DNA of 64,000 nucleotides from Octopus sinensis (taxonomy: Eukaryota). The translations under genes and the position numbers were made by a program. Shown here one piece after another: positions 1-12,451 of this stretch. The first letter of the stretch is position 1, and the number at the start of each line of letters is the position of its first letter. Where the stretch lies: NCBI RefSeq assembly GCF_006345805.1, contig NC_042998.1, forward strand, positions 159,836,001-159,900,000, given 5' to 3'. The notes beneath the pieces are model-generated. The model was not told the origin of the DNA. It did no database searches and saw only the letters and a list, made by a program, of their open reading frames with translations.

Positions 1-40
1 GCATATAGTTACATACCTAGACATGCTCATATATATTTAA

Positions 41-1830
41 ATGATAAACTTCTGGAAAGTCTTACAGATTTTTACAGTTCCAGTGATGGATTGGATCTGT
101 AGTCTTCAAATTAGCTTTCTCCTTTCTGGTTGTGAGAAGCCTAATTTCTCAAGATTGGTATTTAGGCAGTGTGTTATATATCCCAGGGCCCCAATAATTA
201 CTGGTAAAAACCTGAACTTGTAATCTGGATAGAGTAACTGCAGATTTCTCAATAGTTCAGCATAGTTGTTCTCTTTTTCATTGAGATTCAGCTTTATGTT
301 AACATCCACTGGGCAGTTAATTTCCACAACTGTGCCCAGTTTCTCTTCTCTATCCCAAATCATTATATCAGGTCTGTTGTGCTTACATTTTATTGAGGTT
401 TTCACTGGGACATTCCACAGTATTCCTTTTTATTATGCATGGCTATAGCTTCTACCATATTGTGGGTTCTTATTTCTTTCTCTTCGGGATTATCCTTCTG
501 ACAGATTTCACTATAGAGTGTCCTAGCTACCACATCATGTCTCATCGGTAGCTAATACCATGATGACATTTTCAAACAACTGCTTATGATGTGGGTGAAA
601 TCTCACATGTAAACTCCACAAAGTCTGCATCGGTTGTCATACTTTATGGTTTTACCTGCATCTCTATCCCTTTTGTGCAACAGGTACTTGGTTGATATTT
701 CCTGTTCCTGGATTGCAAACACATATCCTTCAAAGTGGGAGGTAGTAATCCAGCTATTGGTCCATGATAAACTGCTTTGATGATTGATGTTACTATCATC
801 GCGGAGCTTTCTTGTAACATATCCATGCATAGTCTTCTGCTCATATAGGCTCATCCTTTCATCTGATGATATGCCGCAATAGAGTCATGCAACTTCTTTG
901 GACATGTATTCTAGGTTATCAGACAAAGAAAGTTGCTCAAGAACCTACCTTACAAGTTTTACAATGTTTTCAGCTTCATTTATGCAAACTTGGTCAAGGG
1001 ATGCACTTAGACACTTGGTGGTTAAAAGATGTTGCCGAAGGGATATGATGCAACAGTCAAAAGCATTTTGGATTGATGTTAAGCCTCTTCTGCCTTGTTT
1101 TCGTTTTAGGTACAAGTGGTCTACATCACTTATGTGGAAATTATGTGTACTTGTTAGTATTTTTCAGGTTTTCACAACAATGATTCAGATCTCATCAAGC
1201 ATCCAATCAAGCAGCCCAAATGTTGGTATAAGTACTGGCACTGCAAACACATTGTGGGCCACTGTTTTATTGAATGCAGAGAGTTCTGACATCCAAATTT
1301 TCTTTATTCAGCTGTAATATTCTTTAGTGACATGTTTTGTTACAGGTGTCACTGTAAGATATATTTTCATCCACTCCTAGATACCTGTAACATTCATTGT
1401 CAGATACAAGTCAAATCATTAATGGAGATGTTACTAGTCTGGTTTATAATTTTCTCCTTTTCACAACCATTTAACAAAATTTATCCTGACCAAACTCCAG
1501 CTCTACATCCTTTGAGAATGTTGTAACTAGGTCAAGGTTCTTTTTCATATCATGCATATTCTTTGCATAAAGTTTTAAGTCATCCGCAAAGAAACAGTGT
1601 GTAATTTTGGTATTTCCTTTTCCTTGTTAACCAATGAGATATCCTTCAAACTTCCTTATTTGAATGTATAAACAACATCACAGAGAGGCTGTCTCCTTGG
1701 AATATATCTTTGGGATACTGTATAATGTCAGTGATAATGCATTCACACTTTGTGCTTAATTTGTGCAAGATGGTGGCCCACAATGAAGTCAGGTCAGCTA
1801 TGGCTTTGACTATTCTCACTGGAACTTTAG
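41..1830 (-). mobile_element. Decayed R4/Dong-type RLE non-LTR retrotransposon (RT to endonuclease), 5'-truncated
   Basis: Minus-strand fragments in the expected order: IFQGDSLS (RT), CFFADDLK at ~1575-1600, MHGYV..SLSW..FEGYVFAIQEQEI..CRLC (pre-knuckle/CCHC), RPDIMIWD..VEINCP..PVIIGALG (PD-(D/E)xK-type RLE). Multiple stops and frameshifts. Confidence 0.9.
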
Positions 1831-1839
1831 CATACATAC

Positions 1840-1870
<31 letters not shown>

Positions 1871-1960
1871 TGTATGTATGTATGTATGTATGTATGTATG
1901 TGTGCATGTGTGTGTGTGTGCATGCATGCATGCATGTGTGTGCATATATGTATGAATATA
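1831..1960. repeat. (ATGT)n/(GT)n compound microsatellite at the 5' break of the R4-type element
   Basis: Direct reading of the tandem repeat. Confidence 0.95.
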
Positions 1961-3599
1961 TGAATGTGTTTGTAAGTATTTATGTGTACCCTAATCTGGA
2001 CATCATGTGATGGTTTTAAATGAACACCATTGTCATACTAGTGAGGTCATTTGTTTCCACCCTTCTATGGAAAACACGTTTAGGTATGTGAAGTATTACC
2101 TTGCTAGGAAACAGGTGAGGTTTGGTGACAGGAAGGTCTTCAGGCTGCAAGACCATCTGCCTCAACAAACTCCACCTGACCCATGTAGGCATGGAAAGGT
2201 GGATGTATGATAAATGATGATGATGATGATGATGATGGTGATGATGGTGGGGGGATGAGGAGAAGGAGGAGGAGGAGGAGGAGGAACTACTCTTTCAGAC
2301 AGTTCAGTAAAATACTGATAAAGAATCTCGAGGGACATTCATCATATGCTGCTCACTTTTAAATTTCCAATTTAAATTTCAGTTCATTATTCTGAAATTT
2401 TGGAGATGCCCTCTGAAAATCTGTTTTCTGTTCTTTTCAATATCTCCTGATACTTGTCCTCTGAATATTATTTCACTTACTACTTTTGGACATTTCACAT
2501 TTCACATTCTGCAGCAACTCTTGAGTCCAAAATGTTCAGTCAGTTCATTGAAGTTACATAATTTAAGAGCTTTGGTTGTTATATCTAGCAAGGTGAACAA
2601 CTACATGGAGACTCTTTCACTGGCATTTCTGAATTCTTTTGGCATTGCAATTAGTTGTTTAGCCCAAGGTCAGCCCTGATAAAGCAAACCATCCCATCAT
2701 TTTTTATTTACTTAACCACAATACATAGAGGATAGAGCTACATTATTCAGTGTGGCTCTTTTATTAACCTTGGGACACCCAGGCCAATTGATCAATCCAA
2801 GTGGTACAAGTGAGGCCGATCCACAGCCTGATGAAGCAAACGTTTTGAAGTGTAATAGCCTATCAAGGATTGTCTTTCAATAGATATAATATAAAACTAT
2901 ACAATATACATAGTTTCACATACTAATAAAGTAGTTTTAGGCACTTTATCCTTAGTTTTCTACATACACCCATCATTTTCAATCTCAAGAGAAAAAACAT
3001 TTTGATCTTTTTGGTTACACATACCAAAACACAGTGTGTCTCAAAATGGTTAAGACAGAAGAGTCTGAATTTAAGGAGATATGATTATTATTTCAAGCAG
3101 GTCAAGCAACTGCACAGAGGCATTCTCATTGCTACCACTCCAGCTGTTGCCTATGTAATCTTTACCATTACCATTTGCGTTGAAGAAGTTGCTATAACTT
3201 TCATTAATGCTGTATTATTGTTGTCGTTGATGTTACCATCCCCAGTGTGGGAGCCAGAATGGATAAGAAAGTTTAGTGGAAGAACTATTACCAAATTATT
3301 TCATTCCCCATGCTGCTACATTTTCTGTTGCAACCACTGGCTTCGTCGTTCTGACATGTCGTGATACCATGATAGACTTCTTCCAAAACGAAGCTAAATG
3401 CAGATAATGCTGTAAAGAAAGTAAAACTTTTCATTCTGTAGTAGTGGATGGAACTATCAGCCACCACTCCACGTTATGTTCCTCTTCACTTGTCTGAAGT
3501 CTGTGCCAATATTTTCTCAATAATTATTCTCTAAACCACTTTTCCAAACACTAACACGCAAACTTCAATGGATATATGACTACTTGGCACTGAAAGATG

Positions 3600-3945
3600 A
3601 TAGTGGTGGTGGTGGTGGTGGTGGTGGTGGTGGTGGTGATGTGGTGGTGGTGGTGGTAGCGGTGGTGGTGGTGGTGGTGGTGGAGGCAGTGGCGGCGGCA
3701 GTGGTGGTAGAATCAGTGACAGTGGCAATAATCTAAGCAACTGTGCCGGTGGTAGTATTGGCGGCTGCACTGGTGGTATTGGTGGTGATGGTGGTGGTAG
3801 TGACAGTGCTGGTTGTGGGAGTGGTGGTGGGAGTAGCGGTGGTGGTGGTAGTGCTGGTGGTGGGAGTGGAGGTGGTGGTGGTGGTGGTGGTAGTTGTAAT
3901 GACGAAGATGATTGTTGTGATGATAGTGGTGGGGGGATGACAAAA
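3600..3945. repeat. Degenerate (GGT)n trinucleotide tract
   Basis: Direct reading; explains the poly-P/H/T/V ORFs. Confidence 0.9.
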
Positions 3946-4167
3946 GCAGTAGGGATGACATAACAACAATAAACAAAGAAGAAGACTATTGAGAAACACC
4001 ACATCAACCACGAGAAACAGAGAGAAACAAAAGATCGTTGCTACTCATGACTGCAAGACATCAAACTGTGGCATTATAGCAACAATGGAGTTTCCTTGAA
4101 GCTACTTCTTTCTCACTGATTTCTCCTGTCTATTTATAGAACAGACCGATTAACAACTCGTTTCCAA

Positions 4168-4176
4168 TCAACCACT

Positions 4177-4232
<56 letters not shown>

Positions 4233-4695
4233 TCTTCTCTCTCTTATTTTTCTTTCTCTTTCTCATTTTCTCTCTACCTCTCCCTCTCATTTTTTCTCTG
4301 TCTCTCACTCTCTTGCTTTCTATTACTCTCTCTCTTTCTCTCTCCCTCTCTCCCTCTCTCCCTCTCTCTAACTCATTTTCTCTCTCTACCTCTCTCTCTC
4401 TCTCACTCTTATAACTTTTTCTTTCTCTCTCTGCTCCTCTCTCTTTCTCTCTCTCACTTTCTATAACTCTATCTTTCTCTGACCCCTCTCTCTCTCTCTT
4501 GCTCTATGTCTCCCTCTCGTTTGCTCTCTAGCACTCTTTCACTCTCTTTCTCCCTCTCTCTCTCGTGCTCTTTATTATTCTCTCTCTCTCTCTGCACTCC
4601 TTCTCTCTCTTGCTCTTTATCACTCTCTCTCTCTCTCTCTCTTGCTCTTTATCACTCTTCTTTCTCTCTACCCCCTCTCTCACTTTCTCTATAGG
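4168..4695. repeat. (CT)n and degenerate CT-rich tract
   Basis: Direct reading. Confidence 0.9.
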
Positions 4696-4992
4696 TTATT
4701 TCTTCCTTTTTTAAATGATATGTTAAACTCATCTGTACAGGTAACCTCTTAACAAAATGATCCTTCTGTCTAGATTAAATGAACTAATTGGGATCTACTA
4801 TCACTGCATCATTAAAAATACACCAGCAGCAGCAACAGTAACAGTGGTGGTGGTGGTGGTGGTCACAGTGGTCCCCAATAGTCTGAAGTACTGTGCCAGG
4901 TTATGAAAGATTACAAAGGCAAATAGTAGATATTAGAAATGGAATAAAAAAAACATTGAGGCGAATGTCTATATGTATTGCTGTCCCAAGAG

Positions 4993-5330
4993 AAGATGCA
5001 TGGCTTAGTGGTTAGTGTATGCCACTCATGATTGTAGCATCATCAGTTCAATTCCCAGCAGCACATTCTGTCCTTGAGCAAGACATTTTATTCATGTTGC
5101 TTCAGTCCACTCAGATATCAAAAATTGAATAGTACTTGTATTTCAAAAGGCTAGCCTTGTTACATTCTGTGTCATGCTGAATTTCCCTGAGAACTACATT
5201 AAGGGTACACACACCTATGGAGTGCTCAGCCACTTGCACATTAACTTCATGAGCAAGCTGTTCCATTGACCGGATCAGCTGGAACACTTGTCAAAATCGA
5301 CGGCGTCAGTTATTGCAGTCTTATCATACT
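4993..5330 (+). mobile_element. tRNA-derived SINE (third family; a body fragment also at ~24180-24290)
   Basis: A-box-like TGGCTTAGTGG, B-box-like AGTTCAATTCC, then TCCTTGAGCAAGACA; body repeated at ~24.2 kb. Confidence 0.6.
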
Positions 5331-5519
5331 AATGTGTCAATGAAACATTTGAACACTCCCACAAAAAGTAACCTGACTGCAAACTTAAGCCAATGAGCTT
5401 CTTATACACATTCATTTGACTGGTTTGAAACAGCAGCCAAGTCTCTTTCAAATTACACCTACAGAAGGAAGAACACATTGAATAATGATGTCAAGCTAAG
5501 AAAAATTGCTGCCTTCCAT

Positions 5520-5750
5520 ACATACAGGCTTGTCCTTTCAGGTGCTGGTGCCACTTAAAAAACACCCATGCTGGGGGCATGTAGGAAGCACCCAGCACAC
5601 TCTGTTAAGTGTTTGGTATTAGGAAGTGCATGAAACCATAGAAACCATGCCACAACAGACAGTTGGAGTTTGGACAGCTCCATGTCAAACCATCCAAACT
5701 ATGCCAGCCTGGAAAACAGATCTTAAATGGTGATGATGATGATGATGGAA
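5520..5750 (+). mobile_element. RTE 3' UTR / RTE-tail SINE-like fragment
   Basis: ttggtattaggaag..catccaaactatgccagcctggaaaac..(GAT)n matches the 3' UTR that follows the RTE ORFs at 18021-18555 and 46870-47380. Confidence 0.7.
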
Positions 5751-6877
5751 AGGAGGAACAATGAAGAATGTGTTCCTAGATACCCTTTGTCTAAAAAACA
5801 AGATGTGATGGTTATTACTGGAACACTTTTAGTGTCAGTTCTGCTGGATCAAAGCCCAATTTGATGGCTACACAACAACAGCCTAACTGATGGCTTATTT
5901 TTGGCCATAAACTTATATGGAAACATCATGAACCCTTCACCATTACCCTGTTCCATAAACCTCTATAAAACTTCGGCCATAATTTTTGTGGTTGTTGTTG
6001 TTATCCCTGGCCAGCCAAAGCAATTTCACCTCTTTTCTAAACATAATAAGTCTAAGATTACTTTATCAGATATATTTTCTGTTTTTTACGTCAGTAGTAT
6101 GTTATTTGCAGGAGATCTGACTACTATTTCTAGCAGGCCAAACAACTGCTTAGAGTTCCTGAGTTTGCTTATCTAATATCCTCATTCATCATAATAATCA
6201 TCATTTAGCATCCACTTTCCCATACTTGCATGGCTAAGACAGAGTTTGAGGTAGATTTTCTATGGCCAGATAACTTTCCTGTTGACAACCTTCAGCTATT
6301 TCCAAACATGATAATATAACTCCATATCCAGACATGTTCTTCACGGAAGACTGGAAACAAACAACACCACTTGTATGATTGTGATACTCATTTGCAACCA
6401 TGATGTCAAGACAAAAGTACATACAAACACACCACACATACATATATATACATATTCTTTTACTTGTTTCAGTTATTTGACAGCAGCCATGCTGGAGCAC
6501 CACCTTAAGGGGTTTTAGTAGAAGAAATAGACCCTAGAACTTATTTTTTGTAAGCCTAGTACTTATTCTATTGCTCTCTTTTGCCTAACTGCTAAGTTAC
6601 AGGGACATAAACTCACCAGCATCAGCTGGGACAAACGTGGTTGCATTTGAGGTAATTGGAATGCGAAAGTGAGGTAGACTGAGGAAATGTGGAGGGAACA
6701 GGTGGAGGAGGAGATTGGGAGGGTTGGTTTGAAAAAGGATGATGCCCAAAACCAGGCAAGACAGTGAGATGGTGTGAGAGTGGTTGCTATGGCATTGAGA
6801 TATATCCGGCTATCCCATTAATGGGAACAAAACCCGGATTTAAAACACTGGATGATGATGATGATGATATATCCTGT

Positions 6878-7251
6878 TTTATCCTTTTACTTGTTTCAGT
6901 CATTTGACAGTGGCCATGCTAGAGCACTGCCTTTAGTTAAACAAATCAACCCCAGGACTTATTCTTTGTACTTATTCTGTAGGTCTCTTTTGCTGAACCA
7001 CTAAGTTCTGGGGACATAAACACATCATCATCGGTTGTCAAGCAATGGTGGGGGGAGAAACACACACACACACACACACACTCACACACACATATACAAC
7101 AGGCTTCTTTCTTTCAGTTTCTGTCTACCAAATTCACTCACAAGGCTTTGGTAGGTCTGGGGCTACAGTAGAAGACACTTGCCTAAGGTGCCATACAGTG
7201 GGACTGAACCCAGAACCATGTGGTTGGAAAGCAAGCTTCTTACCACACAGC
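6878..7251 (-). mobile_element. tRNA-derived SINE family A (a partial copy also at ~6455-6630)
   Basis: Reverse complement begins ggctgtgtggtaagaagcttgc..ggttcagtcccac (A/B-box-like), with internal (GT)n; the same body recurs more than 8 times in the window. Confidence 0.85.
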
Positions 7252-7779
7252 CTGAGAGGTTGGTGTTGTTGAGAGAAAAATACAGTGAGAGAGGGAGAGA
7301 GAGTGTGTATGTGTGAAATATTGATAGATGTCGCTATACTAATTAGCAAGCTTTAATTGAAAGCAAAAATAAGAGATACACGATACAGTGTACTTTTATC
7401 TTAAAAAAACAAGCGATGTGATGTGCAGCTAGTCTAATCAGAGGGAGCTTCAGCTGCAAAGGGGGGGTCCAGTAAGCTGGTGTATTATTATTAATAATTT
7501 AACCTTAAAAAGTGTGAAAAAATGTATACTGCCACAAAAAAGCCATAAAAAATCGTGGACGATATTTACAATTCCGCAAATATGGAGTAGCTTACGCAAA
7601 CAACTATTAGTTCAAAGAATAACCAGGACCACAAATACCAAACTGGGAATAAGGGGGGTACACTGTATATGTTCCTATTCTCATTTTTCTCTCTCGCTCT
7701 TTCTCTCTTTCTCTTTCTCTTTCTCTCTCTCTCTCTCCCTCTTTCTCTGGCCAGGTAACCATGTACTTCCTCTACAGCT

Positions 7780-8170
7780 AGACACCTGTTTCTCTCTCTC
7801 TGTTTCACTATAACCTTTCATCATCTGACACATGATTCCTTCTTCCAATGCCCCTCCCCTCTCAAAGGATCTTTGTTTTGCAAGTTACTTGGTGACCCTG
7901 CCAGTGCTGGTGTCACTTAAAAAGCATCCAATCCACACTGTAAAGTGGTTGGCATTTGGAAGGGCATTCAGCTGTAAAAACTATGCCAAACCTCGCCTGT
8001 GGTTGTGCTATATAAAAAGCACTTGGTCCACTCTGCAGGTTGATTGGTGTTAAGGACATCCAGCTGTAAAATCCCTGCCAGACACAGGTGTCTGGCATAG
8101 GCTGCTGCCAGGTCAGCTCCTGTCAAACCATCCAACCCATGCCAGCATGGAAGGCGGACATTAAACAATT
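7780..8170 (+). mobile_element. RTE 3' UTR-like tail repeat
   Basis: gtggttggcatttggaagggcattcagctg..ccaacccatgccagcatggaaggcggacattaaa. Confidence 0.75.
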
Positions 8171-8199
8171 AGAATGATATATATATGTACTTTTATTAA

Positions 8200-8360
8200 A
8201 GCTGCAAAATTATCACAAGACTTACTCAGAGTGTCATGTTCCTGTTTGTCAGGAATATGAAACTCTGAGTAACAGTTTTGTGAAAATTTTGCAGCTTCAC
8301 TAAAACCATATTTCTCTACCTTTATTATTCAAGTACTATTTTTTTCCACCTTGTTTTGTA
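8200..8360. mobile_element. Degenerate foldback element (sister of 8510-8694, opposite orientation)
   Basis: Imperfect hairpin 8200-8290; its flank 8296-8360 is the reverse complement of 8521-8586. Confidence 0.7.
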
Positions 8361-8509
8361 TTTATGGGCTAACTCTGCTGAGCGTAAGGTTATATAATCA
8401 GATTGTTAACTAACACTCCATTGTATTTTTTCTGCGAAACCAATTGGTAAGACCAGCCATGATGGATATGTAATACTGTGCACTTTGGATAATATATATA
8501 TATATATAC

Positions 8510-8693
8510 CGGAGTAAACACATAAATGTGAAACAAGGTGGAAAAAAGAGTACTCAAATACCAGTGGTAGAGTAATATGCTTTATTCAAAGCAGCAGAAA
8601 ATTCAACAAAACCTGTTACTCTGAGTTTCGTCGAATGGCAACAGGAAACTCAGAGTAACAGGTTTTGTTGAATTTTCTGCTGCTTTGAATAAA

Positions 8694-8694
<1 letters not shown>
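8510..8694. mobile_element. Foldback element with a perfect 50-bp hairpin
   Basis: 8580-8629 is the exact reverse complement of 8645-8694; 15-nt loop. Confidence 0.85.
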
Positions 8695-8768
<74 letters not shown>

Positions 8769-8774
8769 AGAGAG

Positions 8775-9215
8775 TAGTTGTATACTGTCAACTTAATGTG
8801 ACAGTCCCATGAAGCAAATCACACCACTGCTATTTAGCCCAAGGACGCATCAATGCTTCCTGTCAGCCTTGATACATTTCCTGTGTCCTTATGTTTACAA
8901 GGGGAAGACAAGCACCCCCACCCAGCTAAGCTTGCATCTCCAGCTAGCAGGCCATGCTACTCCAGACTGATGACGAGCAAGACTCAGAAACTAGTCTCTG
9001 GATGCAGGTTTAGCTGAGTGGGGGTGCTTGTCTCCCCCTGGTAAACATAAGGACACAGGAAATGTGTCAAGGCTGACAGGTAGCGTTGATGCTTCCTAGA
9101 GCTAAATAGCAGTGGTGTGATTCCCTTCATTAAGTTAACAGTATACAACTACTCTATCGTACCACTACTGCTTATATCTCTCTGAGATATTTAGAAATGT
9201 AATATTTATCATCAT
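8775..9215 (+). mobile_element. Hammerhead-containing foldback element (family HH-A; Penelope-like/retrozyme-type)
   Basis: ~8775-8940 is an inverted copy of ~9000-9155, with a hammerhead between the arms; homologous to 32360-32767. Confidence 0.8.
8961..9002 (+). ncRNA. Minimal type I hammerhead ribozyme (GUC site)
   Basis: tccaga-CTGATGA-c-gag-caaga-ctc-a-GAAA-ctagtc-tctgga: 6-bp stem I, 3-bp stem II, palindromic ACTAGT stem III. Confidence 0.8.
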
Positions 9216-9219
9216 CATC

Positions 9220-9500
9220 ATTTAACATCCGTTCTCCATGCTAGCATGGGTTGGACGGTTTGACCGGGGATCTGGGAAGCCAGAAGGCTGCACCAGGCTC
9301 CAGTCTTATCTGGCAATGTTTCTACAGCTGGATGCCCTTCCTAACGCCAACCACTCCATGAGTGTAGTGGGTGCTTTTTACGTGCCACCTGCACAGGTGC
9401 CAGGCGAGGCTGGCAACGGCCACGGTCGGATCGGTGTATTTTATGTGCCACCGGCACGGAAGCCAGTCGAGGCGGCGCTGGCATCGGCCAACACACACAC
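9220..9500 (-). mobile_element. RTE 3' UTR-like tail repeat
   Basis: tttaacatccg..catgctagcatgggttggacgg..gatgcccttcctaacgccaacc is the reverse complement of the RTE tail. Confidence 0.8.
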
Positions 9501-10284
9501 AGATAGACAGACAGACAGACAGATACACATACACACACACACTGATATATATCACCTAGTAAAGATGGTTTGTAAGCAGGTGCAGTATTACAATTACAGA
9601 AACAAACCACAGCTTAAAAACCCAAACAGGTGCAAAAGTGAATTATATATGTGAATTAATTATTAATATTTTAGAGAACACTACAACTGCTCTAAATGTA
9701 GAAGAAAAATAAACCAAAAAATCGTGCTATGAAGATCCAATATATTTATGTATTAAAGAATTAAGTGATTGATAGTCAAGACAATACATTTGTTATTACA
9801 GAAAAACAAGTATTTAATAGCAGAACATGAATAAAATTAATTAAACACATAACCAAAGATCAATTGGATAAGTTATCAAGCATTTTTGTCAGGGAAAATA
9901 TTAAGACCTATCATTATATTTACATTTTCAGCATGATGTTATGTCTTAGTGTAAGTGGGAACAACTTAATTCTTTTGTGGCTACATTTCTAATCAAATAT
10001 GCTATGTTTCAATTAATTTCATATTAATTGAGAATTTAGAAGGATTTAACAACATAACTAAGATTTTTGTTATCAACCTAGTGTTTGGAATCAAACTCAA
10101 CAAAAGATTCTGAGATAAAATTGTATTAAATGATTTCAATTTAACTCTTTTGATACCAACCCACTTGAGCCCACCCCTGACTCTATGATACAAACATCCT
10201 GTTTTTAATGTGATCTAAATAAAACCTTCCATCAAAATATCATGTTAGTTTATGCTTCAAGCACCAGCTTAATCTTTTCTACTC

Positions 10285-10480
10285 TATGCACAAGGCCCGA
10301 AATTTTGATGGAGGCAGTCATTTAGATCAACCCCAGTACACAACTGGTACTTAATTTATCAACCCCGAAAGGATGAAAGGCAAAGCCAAACTTGGAAGAA
10401 TTTGAACTCAAAACGTAAAGACAGACGAAATACTACTAAGCATTTCACCCAGCATGCTAATGTTTCTGCCAGCTCACCAC
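10285..10480 (-). mobile_element. tRNA-derived SINE family B (Meta-domain-like core)
   Basis: Reverse complement of ggtgagctggcagaaac..gagttcaaattc..gcctttcatcctttcggggttgataaattaagtaccag. Confidence 0.85.
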
Positions 10481-10582
10481 CTCACCAGCTTAATAATCAC
10501 AAAGTTATCTTAATAAATTCTGCATTATTTTCAAAACTTATTGAAAGACTAGCTGTGTATTTCAACAGAAATATAGTAAGGC

Positions 10583-10810
10583 AGCGAGCTGGCAGAAACG
10601 TTAGCATGCCAGGCAAAATGCTTAGTTGTATTTCCTCTGCCATTATGTTCTGAGTTCAAATTCTGCCAAGGTCGACTTTGCCTTTCATCCTTTCGGGGTC
10701 GATAAATTAAGTACCAGTTTCACACTGGGGTCGAGGTAATCGACTTAATCCCTTTGTCTGTCCTTGTTTGTCCTCTCTATGTTTAGCCCCTTGTGGGTAA
10801 TAAAGAAATA
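10583..10810 (+). mobile_element. SINE family B, variant with a Tx1-like 3' tail
   Basis: gcgagctggcagaaacgttagc..gagttcaaattc..gcctttcatcctttcggggtcgataaattaagtaccag..tttgtctgtcc..aataaagaaata. Confidence 0.85.
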
Positions 10811-11757
10811 AGAAATATAGTAACAAAAGGGTTTAAATATGAACACTGTAAAATTAGATGCTTTATATTATAAAGTCAAATACAGATAAACTTTTACCAA
10901 AAGTAATAATATTAAAGTATTTATGCTATGATGGTAATACCAAAAAATAATTTTGTATATCATAAACAAAATTAAAAACATTATCTCTGATTAAAGTTGA
11001 ATTTGCAGGAGAACATTGAGCAAAATTCTTTGCAGTATCCAGTTGCATTCTTTAAAATTCTGAGTTTGAATCCTACCAAGGCACCTTTACCTATCAATCT
11101 TCCAAGGTGGATTAAATAATCATCATTTATTTCAAGTACTGGGGTCATAGTAACTGCATATTCCCTCCTACTTGAATTGTGACCATGCATCAAAATTTGA
11201 AATCAATACTGAACCAGGGAAGTTTTGCATAGCAATCATTCACACTCCTGTGACTCTGCATAGTTAATGCGCAAGGCAAATACAATTCTCTCTCTTTTAA
11301 ACATAACTTTATGTTTGACCTTTTGATGCCAACAAAGAAATAGATATACAAGCCTAACATAAAAATATATGAAAATTCAAGATAGGCTATGAAAATAACG
11401 ATAACAATTTCAACAAGTCTTAGGGATGTAAATATTAAAATATATTGAGCAGTCTTTTAAATACATGGCAGAAACTACCGCCTACACCCACCTTAGATGC
11501 TACCCAAGAGAATAACAATGAGTAACTTACAGTGACTAGTAAACTGAAGAGCTCAAATAATTCTTATAAATCATGCCAGTGAGAGAGGTGACTGCTTCAC
11601 TTCAGAGATGCACTGAAGAGAAACATGATCAGGAAAAACATCAATAGTAAAGCATTGGAGCATGTTATCCTGAACAAGAACTGCCTTGAAAATATGCTGT
11701 ACACCAGATAATATAAATATATATATATATATATATATACACACAGATATACAAATG

Positions 11758-11797
<40 letters not shown>

Positions 11798-11912
11798 TAT
11801 ACACATACTTATATATATTTATAACACACACATACATATATGTATACATTTATATATATACATACGTATACATACACATACATACATGTATGTGTTTGTG
11901 TGTGTGTGTGTG

Positions 11913-11947
<35 letters not shown>

Positions 11948-12078
11948 TGAGTGTGTGTCTGTGTGTGTGAAATAATTCCTTTTTGGAAGAGTGAATCACA
12001 AAACACATAAGGCTATAAATAATAATATGTTGGGTTGAAAAACCCTTTTAGATAGTAAAATTTGAAAGCTGACTGTGC

Positions 12079-12124
<46 letters not shown>

Positions 12125-12218
12125 AGAGAGAGAAAAAGTTAGATTTACATAGTCATACAAATGTATGTGTATGCATGTATACATATATGTTTATACATGT
12201 GTATCTACATACATACAT

Positions 12219-12314
<96 letters not shown>

Positions 12315-12451
12315 TATATATATATATATATATATTGCTTTGGCATTATGATACTAATAACCTGGTGTAGAACTTAATATATGTATGCTTCTAAACCAAG
12401 TGTTAGCCAAGTACAGAGTGGTAATAAGAACATAGGGACAAGCAATTATCT

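Noticed and set aside
2830-2860. CTGATGAAGCAAAC motif
   Set aside because: No GAAA or stems; resembles a common dispersed repeat also at ~2670 and ~43070
3531-4011. Poly-Pro/His/Thr/Val ORFs, and similar HTHT, IYIY, SLSL and NNN ORFs throughout
   Set aside because: Stop-free read-throughs of microsatellites
10981-11193. ORF with LGRLIGKGA resembling a kinase glycine-rich loop
   Set aside because: The DNA aligns with the reverse complement of an old family B-like SINE (ccttggaagattgataggtaaag..ggattcaaactcagaat), and no other kinase motifs follow
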